A DNA stretch of 64,000 nt from Candidatus Woesearchaeota archaeon (lineage in GTDB: Archaea; Nanobdellota; Nanobdellia; Woesearchaeales; WJKR01): NCBI GenBank assembly GCA_016927245.1, contig JAFGNA010000010.1:9894-73893 (forward strand). The letters run 5' to 3'. The notes under the pieces were generated by a model. That model made no database searches. It saw nothing but the letters and a program-made list of their open reading frames with translations, and had not been told where the DNA came from. The translations under genes and the position numbers were made by a program. Every line of letters begins with the position of its first letter. The stretch's first letter is position 1. Positions 25,338-36,500 of the stretch are shown piece after piece.

Positions 25338-26363
25338 TCAGAAGAAGTCGCCGAGGCCTTTCTGCGCTCGGACCTTGCCCTGCTTCTCCAGCCTTTCCAG
25401 CACCGCGTCCACCCTGGCAGCGGAGAAGTCATGCTTCTCCACGAGGAGCGAGCGCACCGCGTCCGGCTCGGCCCCCCGCCACCGCAGCTCATAATCATCC
25501 GTCACGGGCATCTCCTTGAACAAGTTGAACGCGTCCTCCCAAGAGAAGGGGAATTCCCATCCCACCGCGGCGAACACCGCGCTGAGGTCGTCGTGCCCCT
25601 TGATGAGCCCGAGCCCTTTCTTGGGTCCTATGCCGTGCACCCCGCCGATGTTGAAGTCAGTGCCTACGAGGAGCCCCAGGGCGATCAATTGGTCATGGGT
25701 CACGTCGAGCTCGCGCAGCACGTCCTCTAAGACCACCAGTTCGGGCTCCACCATGGTCGTGGCGAACGCGCCTGGCTTCTTCTTGCGCTGCGTGATGCTC
25801 AAGTTCTTCACCATCCTGGGCGTGCCGAACAGCAAGCAGTCGTAGTCCTGGCTGATGAGCGCCCATGCGTCGCCGCGCTTGACCATGTGCGCCGCCTGCG
25901 CCTCCCCTTCTGAGGGCGCTTGCACGATGGGCACGCCGAGTGCTCGCAGCAGTTCCTTCGCCTCCTCCGCTATCTCCCGCGTCAGCCTCGCCGTCCTGCC
26001 CGCGTACTTCTTCATGCCCTCGACGTCCTCTGCTTTTGCAGCAGCGTCGTAGGAGGCTTGCGCTTCATTTTTCAGCCGTTGCCGCCGCTCGCGCTCCGCT
26101 CGCTTGAGGTCGGGTGCCTTGCCGTCGAAGACGAACACGAGCTTGAGCCCTTCCTGTTGGAGCTTGGTCACGCGCGAGAAGAGCCCCATGAGGTGCGAGG
26201 TTACGTTGCCGTTGCGGTCGGTGAGCGGCGCGCCGTCAGGCCCCCTGATGGTGGTGAGGAATTGGTAGAGCGTGTTGTACGCGTCGACGACGAACACCTT
26301 GCCTGCGAGTTCCTTGATGGTGATGGTCTTGCCTGCGACCATGCCGGTGAGTGAGACGCCCAT
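25338..26363 (-). CDS. fen: flap endonuclease 1 (FEN-1)
   Basis: MGV…VVDAYNTLYQFL…G..TSHL.G.F.R…G.K.VFVFDG.(P)..K, acidic active-site clusters, an H3TH region, and a C-terminal PIP-like tail …GLGDFF. Confidence 0.95.
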   Translation of the reverse strand: MGVSLTGMVAGKTITIKELAGKVFVVDAYNTLYQFLTTIRGPDGAPLTDRNGNVTSHLMGLFSRVTKLQQEGLKLVFVFDGKAPDLKRAERERRQRLKNEAQASYDAAAKAEDVEGMKKYAGRTARLTREIAEEAKELLRALGVPIVQAPSEGEAQAAHMVKRGDAWALISQDYDCLLFGTPRMVKNLSITQRKKKPGAFATTMVEPELVVLEDVLRELDVTHDQLIALGLLVGTDFNIGGVHGIGPKKGLGLIKGHDDLSAVFAAVGWEFPFSWEDAFNLFKEMPVTDDYELRWRGAEPDAVRSLLVEKHDFSAARVDAVLERLEKQGKVRAQKGLGDFF

Positions 26364-26386
26364 CTTATCGTTGGATGCGGTTCCCT

Positions 26387-26397
26387 ACATAAATATT
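26387..26397 (-). promoter_or_regulatory. TATA box for fen (minus AATATTTATGT)
   Basis: 24 nt upstream of the ATG at 26363. Confidence 0.55.
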
Positions 26398-26430
26398 CTG
26401 ATTCAAGAAAAAAAAAAGAAATAATCTTGA

Positions 26431-26670
26431 CTATTATGTATGAAAATAAACGAAATAAAAAAAAATTAAAACAAAAAAATATAAAAAACCACCATGTATG
26501 AAATTAAAGTACAAAAAGAATAAAAAAAACTATTAAAAAAAATAAAAAACTATTATGTATGAAAAAAGCAAGCACCTAGACAAAAAAACAAGCACGACAA
26601 CGAACATATATGAAAACATATATAAATAACCTTGATAAAAAACAACACCAACAACCACTATGTACGACAA
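26431..26670 (+). repeat. degenerate ~50-60-nt tandem repeats carrying start-codon mimics
   Basis: CTATTATGTATGAAAA occurs at 26431 and 26550 (identical 16-mers). Related copies are CCACCATGTATGAAAT at 26490 and CCACTATGTACGACAA at 26655, the last being the real start. The region is extremely A-rich. Confidence 0.7.
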
Positions 26671-27583
26671 TGAAAGCCTGACGACGACAGCCAACGCTAG
26701 GCCACGCCCGATCCCCATCACCGTCTTCTCCGACAAGCTAAGCCCCCTCGAAACCATCGTCAAGTACCTCAAGGAAAACGAAGGATTAACAGCGACCGCC
26801 ATCGCAGCCCTCCTCAACCGCAGCCCGAGCACGATCACCACCACCTACGCCAACGCCACGCAGAAACACCCGCACCCCTTCACAGCAACAACGACCAGCC
26901 TCACCATCCCCCTCGCCGTCATCAAGTACCGCAAGCTCTCCACCTCAGAAGCGATCGTCATGTACCTCCACCACTACGAACAACTCTCATTCGCCACCAT
27001 CGCAACGCACCTCCACCGCGACAACCGCGTCATCTGGACCGTGCACAAACGCGCAAGCACAAAAACCACCAAGGAACGATTCCTCAACGACCTCACCACC
27101 AGGATAGAACGGGAACGGAAACAACTCACCCCCGAAGACAAGAAAAAACTCTTCGACCTCAAGCAACGACTCCAAGAGAAATACGGCTTCTCAGAAGAAG
27201 AGCTCAAACACATCCTCACCAAAACCGCGAGCACCCACCTCCCCATCACCATCTTCACCCAAGGACTACCGCCGCTTCAAGCAATCACGAGATACCTCCA
27301 CGACGAGCAAGTCCCCACCAAGAAAATAGCAAAACTCCTCCGCCGGCCAGCAGCGCAGATCAGCAACGCCTACCACCACGCGAAGAAACAAGAATTCAAA
27401 CCACAAAAAACCCCCTACCACGTCAGCACCACCTGCATCACCCAAGACAAGACCATCATGGAAGCAATCACCCACGAGCTCAAACAACAATACAAGCTCA
27501 CCAACGACCAACTAGCAACACTCCTGAAGAAGAAACAACACAGCATCGACCGCTGGCTACGCAACCACGAGAAAAAGAGGTAG
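26660..27583 (+). CDS. tandem-HTH repeat protein (3-4 sigma-r4/LuxR-like HTH units), putative DNA-binding
   Basis: Three clear repeats of (I)P(I)T(V/I)F…L(S/P)PL(E/Q).I.(K/R)YL……IA..L.R….I…Y..A.K, plus a degenerate fourth. TATA-like ATATATAAATA at 26617-26627. Confidence 0.65.
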   Translation: MYDNESLTTTANARPRPIPITVFSDKLSPLETIVKYLKENEGLTATAIAALLNRSPSTITTTYANATQKHPHPFTATTTSLTIPLAVIKYRKLSTSEAIVMYLHHYEQLSFATIATHLHRDNRVIWTVHKRASTKTTKERFLNDLTTRIERERKQLTPEDKKKLFDLKQRLQEKYGFSEEELKHILTKTASTHLPITIFTQGLPPLQAITRYLHDEQVPTKKIAKLLRRPAAQISNAYHHAKKQEFKPQKTPYHVSTTCITQDKTIMEAITHELKQQYKLTNDQLATLLKKKQHSIDRWLRNHEKKR

Positions 27584-27586
27584 AGC

Positions 27587-30500
27587 ATGAAGAAGAAGCA
27601 ACCGAGCAACAAACGCGCGGCAAGAAGAGCCGCCACGCTGCTCAGCGCCAGCCTCATACTCCTGCTCACCGCCATCATCGTCGCCGCGGCGCCACCAATC
27701 ACCATCGACATCGACGCCCCCGAACACGCCACCACTGGCGAGACCATCACGGTCAACATAAAAGCGACAGTCCAAGGCATCCCCATCATCAGCTACCACG
27801 CCAACGCCACCCTCGCCCACCCAGACGGCGCCGTGACCAGGCCGGAACTACGAGACCTCAGGAACGGCACGAAACAACTCAACATCACCCTAACGCAACC
27901 AGGAGACCACATCCTCATCATCGAGGCGAGCATAGGCGGCACGGCCCAGGAACGAACACTCACCATCACCGCCGAGGAACAAGCAACAGGGAGCATCGAC
28001 GTGACGTACGAGGACTACGCCCTCGGCATCCTCAGCGGCACCATCATCATCCACGACGCGCACCAACACATCATCACCCTCACCAGCGCCGACACCGCAA
28101 CAGGCCAAGAAGCCACTATCTGCGGCGTGGAGAACTGCCGTCACCACTGCACGTTCAGCTGCGCCGCCGACCTCGACGCGAACAAGCCCTACCGGCTCAC
28201 CGCCAACGCGCCCATCACCGGCGCCACCACCACGACAGTCCTCCTCCCAGCACAGCTCCAGAACAGGCCAACACTCCTCCCGCAAGAGCAGGAAGCGATA
28301 ACCGCGAGCACCGACAACGAGACCGCCACCGCCCTCAACATCACAGGGAACGAGAAGGCCTACTTGTTCGACAACGAACGAACACACCCCATAACCATCA
28401 ACAAAGGAAGCGTCACGCTCCCGCCGCTCCCAGCAGGCAAATACACCCTCATCCTCACCGACGGCACCGCCCTCAGCGCCATCACCGTCATCGCAGGCAG
28501 CGGCACACCCTCACAAGAACAACCAGTCACGGACCCGACGAGGCTCACCCTCACCAAGGACGAACTCACCAAGGCCTACGACCCCTACTACGGACAAGCA
28601 TGGTACACCGCCACCATCACCATCAACGAAGAGCACGACACCCTCGTCCTCGAGAACGAGACGGGCTGCGCGGCCAGGAACGCCGCGCTCTGGCACGGCA
28701 ACAAGCGCACCACCCTCGAACAACGCAACGACACCTGCACGTGGAAGCTGCCAGGAACGACGGGCCAGGCACGGATAGAAGTGCAGGCGAGCATCGCCCA
28801 AGCAAGCATCACCCACGAGCAACTCCAGACCAGCATCATCCACGAACAGCTACCACGAGCGTTCGACGACCACCTCATCAGCGTCTCGCTCAACAACCAA
28901 GCAGCAGGCACGTACCGCTACGTCACACCCCTACCGGGAGCAGCGACGCCCAACGACCACCCCTACGACTACGCTATCGAGGACCAACACCTCATCTGGT
29001 ACGCGAGCAACGAGCAAGCCACGATACCGCTCAGCCACGGACGAGAAGCAACGATCCCCCTCCAACGCGTAGCGCGGCAGAACGACACCTACCAGTACCG
29101 CGCCATCACGAACACCACCACAGCCCACCTCATCATACCCGCACCCTACAAGGAAGCCACCATCACCGCCGACCACGACTACAAACTCCCCGAAGAATCC
29201 TACCACTACCCCTACCTCATCGCCCTTGACCAGCCCACCGCCAAGCAAATACTCCTCACCACGACGACCAACCACACCAACGACACCATCACCGCCATCA
29301 GCAAAGCGCCGACCATGGCAATAGAGGGGCTGCCCTCGCAACTGCGCAAACAAGACCGCGCCAACCTCACCCTCACCACCCCGAGCAAGGAGTGGAACGC
29401 CACCCCCAACGCCACGATACGGCTCCTCGACCGGGAAGCAGGGACGGTCATGGCCGTGCACCAAGCGCTCGCCCACGAAGAGAACGGCACCTACCACGAC
29501 CAGGTAGCCCTGGACCTCGCAGCGGTCACCCCCGGCGCCTACACCCTCATCGCGACGTTCAGGCAAGGAGCCGCATACGCCACCACCACCGAAGAAGTCC
29601 TCATAACAGGCGAGGCGGGCGGCTTCAGCATCACCCCGGGCAAGCACGTCACGGCCGCGAAAGGAGAAGACGTGAACCTACAGCACGCCATCACCAACCT
29701 CGAAAGCGAGCGAAGCCTCATCATCAACCTCGACCTCCTCTACGAGCTCGAGAACGTGACGGCAACCATCAAGGACGACGAAGGCGTGAAGGCATTAACG
29801 GACAACGACAAAGACGGCAGGCCAGATACCGGCATACTCCTACCAGGAGAGACCGTCATCATCACCATCAACGGCCGCGTGCCGGCATGGGCTGAGAACG
29901 AGACAAAAGTCATCATCAAGGCGTCCGCAGCAAGCCAGGCACGCAGCATCGAGGATGACATCACCATCACATCACAAGAAGACATCATCATCCCCGCCTA
30001 CCACGACCTCGCCATCACCGGCATCGAGGAAGAAGACGGAACGGTGCTCATCACTATCATTAACAACGACGAAAATGACAGGACTGCGATGGTGGAGGTA
30101 ACCCTCAAGGACAAGAACTTCACGGACACCATAACCGTGCCTGTCAGCGTTCGAGCAAGAGATGAATCGGTCATCCCCGTCCAGAGGCGCGGCATAAGGC
30201 AGCCGTACGAGTGCGCCGCAACGCTCCTGGACGAGGAAGGATTACCGTACGCCGATGACAAGCAAGCCAACGACCGGCGCGTACGCCTGTTCAATGACGA
30301 GTGGACCGAGCCGTACACGCGACGCGCAGCGGTAGCCATCAAGGAGGTGCGCGGCGCCGACCACGACGCCTACGCCATCAAGGCGACGATCGACCTGCCT
30401 GACGACGCCGACATGGCAACGATGACAGCGGTCAAGCCGGCAAGGGAAGGAGGCGCGTTCACGACGAAGACCCTCAGCATCACCTACCTGTCGTTCGACG

Positions 30501-33500
30501 ACCAGGAGAAACGGGGCGAGCTACTCATCGACGCAGGACTCGTCAAGGCCAGCACTGAGAGCCTCATTTACTTGTACCTCAACGCCACGGGGGAGAACTC
30601 CACGGTCACCGTCGATGAAGCGGCAGGCATCATCATCGACAACAACGACCGGCTCGTCAGCACGGACGGCACCTGGGCCTCGGACTACCAGGTGCCCGGC
30701 CACTACAAAGCGGACTACCTCCACGACCTCGGCATCGGCAAGGGCAACAAAGCGGTCACCGTCAAGCCAGGAGACCACCCGTCCTTCACCCCGTCGACGT
30801 ACGAGGTGTACGCGTACCGGCCGGCGGACCGAGCGTTCTCGAGCAACGCCAAGACCGTCATCGCGCACGAGGACGGCGAGGAGACCATCACGCAGAACCA
30901 GCGCGTCAACGGGGAAGAGTGGCGCTACCTCGGCCTGTACCGCCTCGGCGACAGCAGCACTATCATCACCGACAACGAGCACACCAACGGCCTCGTCGTC
31001 TTCGACGCGCTCAGGCTGCTCCGCGTAGACCAGTACGCAACCACAGGCAAGGCAGAGACGAGAGCCGCGCACGACAACCGCTCAATAACCCTTGAAGAAG
31101 ACGGTGATGAGAGGAACTACACGTTCACCCTCGACATGACGATACGCGCGCATGCCAACGTGACCGACGTGCTCGTCACGAGCAGCCACGGCAATGAGAC
31201 CGTCGCCCTCAACACGACGAGGATCGACGACGCCTTCATGACGGCGTACCGGGCAATCGGCAGCGAGCAGCGCTACACCGCGAGCGTCGTCGCCTATGAC
31301 GGGAACGAGACGGTCGACCTCACCTACCTGGAATTCCCGTTCAGAGATGAACGGGAGCACGCCGTCACGAAGAACACCACCCTGCTCCTGCTCCAAGCAA
31401 CCTATCACTACGGCGATGAGGAGGCAGCGGAGGACGAGGGGAACGCCACCGTAAACAGGACGGGGGAGGCAGAGAACAAGACAATCAAGGGCTGGACCAC
31501 GATTGTCAGCGGAAAGAGCACGACGATACGCCTCCCTGACACGTTTGAAGGCAACGCGACTAACGCGACGTACGGCGTGTACTTCCTCATGCCATGGGGC
31601 AACGCGTCAGGATTGAACATCAGCATCAAGGGAGAGAACGCCACGCTCAGCGCCAACGATGAAGGAGAAGGGGACTTCACCGCGCAGTTCAACAGGACCT
31701 GGCATGACAGGACTGAGAGGAGCGCGTACGTGAACATCACCATCCTGCCCGCAGAGAACATCACGAACACTACTGAGGCGGAAGGGGAACCAGTAGAGGC
31801 GGTGCGGCAGGAGCCCGCGACCGTGGGCGAGCCCGTGCGGTGGACCAAGTACGTCCAGGGAGAATGGACCACGAGGATTCCTGTGAGTGCCGAGAACGTC
31901 GCGCTCGAGGCGGATGGGGAGCTTGTGGAGGAGGAAGAGACCGCCGTCATCATAGCAGGAAAACGCCTCGGACTCGCTGATTTCAGGGAACTTAGGCGAG
32001 CGGAGCTGCTGGAACGAGAAGCTGACGAGCTGGAGTTGGAGAAGGAGGACGCCAAGCTGGTCCGGAAGACGGCCATCGCGCTCGATCAGCAAGACCTGCG
32101 CGGCCAGGCCGAGAGCATCAAGGAATCATTAGGGGTGGACCTCGACGATGAGGAGAACGTCACGCTCGTCATCGATCGGCCTCACGATAAGAAGGCCATT
32201 GCCAAGATCACCTATGAGACCGAGGCGCCACTGCAAGAAGAGGAGCACGTCGGCAGGCCAGGCCTGCTCAAACGCGTCAAGGTGCACTCGAGCGCGAGCG
32301 TGCACTACCAGGACGTCAAGACCATGACCTGGCTGCCGGAGACCCCGATAACGCCCCGGCTCTACCACGTCATCGATGGACGACGAGTCGACGTCACCGA
32401 CAACAAGGATTACAGAGTCTCGTTCAACGACGCTGACGGTGACGGCATGGCTGACAGCGCGTCGTGGACCGTGCCGATGCTCTCAGAACAGTACTTCGAG
32501 TTCGGCCTCGCCACCATCAACACCCGGAAATCATTGTACCGCCCTGGCGAGACGGCAGAGGTCGTCATCGTCGTGCTGGACAACGAAGGACACCTCGTCA
32601 GCGGCGCTGACGTCGAGGTCAACGTGACCGAGCCTGACAACACCACGACGAGGTACACCACCGGCAGTGGTCACATCACCGAGACCGAGCCTGGCATCTA
32701 CGATCTCAGTCACGGAAGCACGGCGAACGAGGGCCGGTACGGGCTCTCCGTCAAGGCCACAAAACCAGGCGTGGAGAACGACATGCAATCCCACTTCGAC
32801 GTCCAGGCGTGGTACCCGTTCGACATCCTCCGCGACGTCCCTGTCACTGTTGACCCGTGGCGGGAAGAGCTCGAGGCGAGCATCACCGTCGTCGCATATA
32901 ACCACACCGACTCCTTCTCCTTAAAGGAGCACGTCCCGACGAGCTTCCTCATCAGCGACGCGGGCGGAGCAGTAGTGAGCGAGAACGGGAGCAGGAAGAC
33001 CTTGACGTGGACCGGGCTCACGAACGGCTCCGTCGCCTCCTACACGGCGTCCCTGCCGCTCATCACCCCGACCATGTATGATCTCGGAGAGGCAAAGATA
33101 ACGTATGGCAATAGCTCGTTCACCGAAGGCCGGCCATGGTACCTCGCCGTCGACCCCATCGAGCAGTTCACCAAGACGTGCCTCAACCTGGTCACCGAGG
33201 GAGCGGTGGCGGGGGACAACACCGGCACGTGCGCGCAAGTCGCGACGAGCAACAATACTCGGCCTGCGGGCGGGGACAACGCGCTCACTGCGGCTGATAA
33301 CTGGTTCGGCACCGACGCCCCTGCCGTGCTGACCGAGACGTTCGACGCCAATACTCCGACGGACGCCAACGTGTCCTATGCCTACCTCACTATCGAGTGG
33401 GGCACCCAGGATTGCGGCTCGCCCGCCTACATCACCATGGAGGTGAACAACGGCACGGGGTGGTACACGTTCGCCAACACGTGCTACACCACGCCCGAGG

Positions 33501-36500
33501 CGACGAGGCACTATGACCTCAGCGGCTACGTCACCACGGGAGACGCCGCGAACGAGCTGCAAATAAGGATTACCTACGGCGCTGACAGGGACGGCGGGGA
33601 CACCACGGACGACCTCTACGTCGACTACATCGACCTCGTCATCAACTACACCGTCGCCCCGCATTACAACACGTGGAGCCTGAACGTGAGCAACGGCGCC
33701 GTCGTTCGGCGGGGAACGCCGGTCAAGGCGTACGCGTACTGGAACTACAGCGACGGCATCGCCGAGTCGTACATCAAGCACAACGCGAACGGCACCTACC
33801 ACAACTATACTATCATGCCTTCAGGTGATTGGACGAACTACACGTTCAACACGCCGAACACGACGATGTTCAACCGCGTCGGCATCATCACCGCTCAGAC
33901 CATCTACGCGCGCGACTACGACGTGTGGAACCAGACGGCGCCGACGAAGAACTTCAAGCTCTATGACGACGCGAACGTCTCTGATTCCACGTTGACGCCG
34001 AGCATCATCAACCAGTCTGACAACGCGACTCTCATCTGCAAGGTCATGGACTACCACCTTAACTCCCCAATAGAGGACTTCACCGTGTATTTCTACCGTG
34101 ACGGCGCGTACAAGGCGAGCGCGAAGACGAACGCGACGGGGTGGGCATCGTACGACGCGGCGTACACGACTCCCGGCACGTACAACGTCTCGTGCCGCAT
34201 CAAGGACAGCGGGTATTACTACGCCCTCGCAGGCGCCAACAGTTCCTACGGGGAGCTGACCGTGCTGGACAGCTCATCTCCGAGCGTCAGTTTGGTCTCG
34301 CCTGCGGACAGCAGCCAATCAACAAATCAGAACGTCACGTTCACCTACACTGTTTCTGACACCTACTCGGGCATCCAGAACTGCTCGCTCTACCTCAACA
34401 GCACCAGGAACGCGAGCAACAGCACCGTCATCACCGAGTCAGGGAGCAACCAGATCAACGTCACCTTGCCGTACGGCACGTACGTCTGGGCGGTGGGTTG
34501 CTATGACAACAGCACGAACAGGAACTTCAAGCTCTCCGCGAACAGGACCATCGTCGTCGCGCCGGACTCAGAGGGACCTGTTATCACGCACTATCTGCCG
34601 CCGAACACGGGGATGACGTACGAGAACGTCACGTTCCTGTTCAACGTGGAGGACGCTCTGAGCGGGGTCAAGAACTGCACGCTCATCCTTGACGGCCTCG
34701 ACAACGTGAGCAACGCTTCCATCAGCAACGGCGATAACGTCTCGTTCGACGCGTACCTGCTCGATGACGGCCTGCACAGCTGGAAGGTGCGGTGCTATGA
34801 TGACTCTCCCGCGGAGAACGTGCGCACGAGCATCATCTGGACGTTCACGGTCGGCGAGGACGAGGACGGCCCTATCATCACGGTCATCTCGCCGCTGAAC
34901 AACACGGTGGACACCGACGGAAAGGTGAACATCACGTTCATCGCGGATGACTTCCTCTCAGGAGTGGAGAACTGCTCGCTCTATATCAATGACACGCTTA
35001 ATCAGACATACTACGCCAAGACGGTTCTTACCATGCCATTTGGAGCCGGAAGCAACAGCACCTTTACAGCAGATGAGTCAGGAAATGGAAACGATGGCAC
35101 GGTCATCAATGCCACATGGGGATCCTCCACAGGCTACAATGGTGAAGGATCATATTATTTTGACGGTGCCAGCGCATATATTGACATCCCTTCCTTGGCT
35201 ATAAGCAACTCACCTGGCTTTACCATCATGATGTGGGTGAAGGGACCTCCCAATCAGAACGATATGCGAATATTCTCTGAAGGCAGCACCATAGACCATG
35301 ATCCATTATTCAATCTGGGGACCAACATAGGGGGTGGTGAGCTAGATATTTACATCCGAGATGATGACGGGACCGAACGCATGAGCCACGTGCTGTCAAG
35401 CGCCGACGTCTTTGACAATACCTGGCATCATATTGCTTGGGTGGATGTCGGAGGGAATTATCAGCTGTATGTGGACGGCGAACCCGATATCTCAGGCTCC
35501 TACACGAAGACCGCGAAGTCATTGGACACCACCACTCTTGGCGCGATAAGACGCGCGGCTGTCAGCCATTACTTCACGGGCTACATAGATGAGGTGGAAC
35601 TATTCAATCAATCACTCTCCGCGGAACAGATCCGGGCGGAGTATGCGAACGTCTCCTTAGTGGAGGGAGAAGAAACCATCTTTTCTGAAGACAGCTTTTC
35701 AGAAGGAACTTATGCCTGGCATATCTCCTGCGTCGACGACTCAATCAACAGCAATGTCAGGAACACGTCCATACGAATACTCTATGTCAATTACGACTTC
35801 GACTCCCCTGACATCACGCTGGTATGGCCTGACAACCTCTACCAGGACCTCGACGGTGAACTCGACCTGGAATACAACGTGACGGACGAGAATGGCATCA
35901 GTAACTGCTCGCTGTACATTAACGGCTCTTATAACCGGTCGGACACCAGCGTCACTAAAGGGGTTAGCCAGTACTTCAGCCTGACAGGGCTCGCCGACAA
36001 CACTTACCTCTGGTACGTGAACTGCACGGACGACGCGGACGGTGAGAACTGGAACTATTCAGAGACGAGGAACTTCAGCGTCGGCCCGGACACCATCGGG
36101 CCTGCCATCACGCTCTTCGCCCCTTCCAACAGCACCACCGACTCCGACGGTGACATATTGTTCACCTACCAGGTCGACGACGTCTCCTCGGGCGTGGACA
36201 GCTGTCGCCTCTACGTCGACGGCGTCGAGGAGGACAGCGACGGCAGCATCACCGAAAGTATAGAGCAGGAGTTCTCGTTCAGCCTGGCCAATGGTGACTA
36301 TGAGTGGTATATCAACTGCACTGATGACTCGCCGCAGCAGAACATCGGCGTCAGCGAGACGCGCGACCTGACGGTGAGCATCTCGTACGAGTCCGAGTAC
36401 GACTTCTACCTGCCGAAGAGCACGTACGCCGCGGGCTCGGTTATCGAGCCGGTCGCGCACCTCGAGGACCCGGGAAGCGCCCCTATCGCCTCGGCGACGG

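Noticed and set aside
26400-26660. Possible CRISPR array or leader, given the AT-rich region with repeated units
   Set aside because: The repeats are only ~16 nt and degenerate, spaced ~50-60 nt apart in nearly pure poly-A context. They lack the conserved 24-40-nt repeat and unique-spacer organisation. No cas genes are present in the window.
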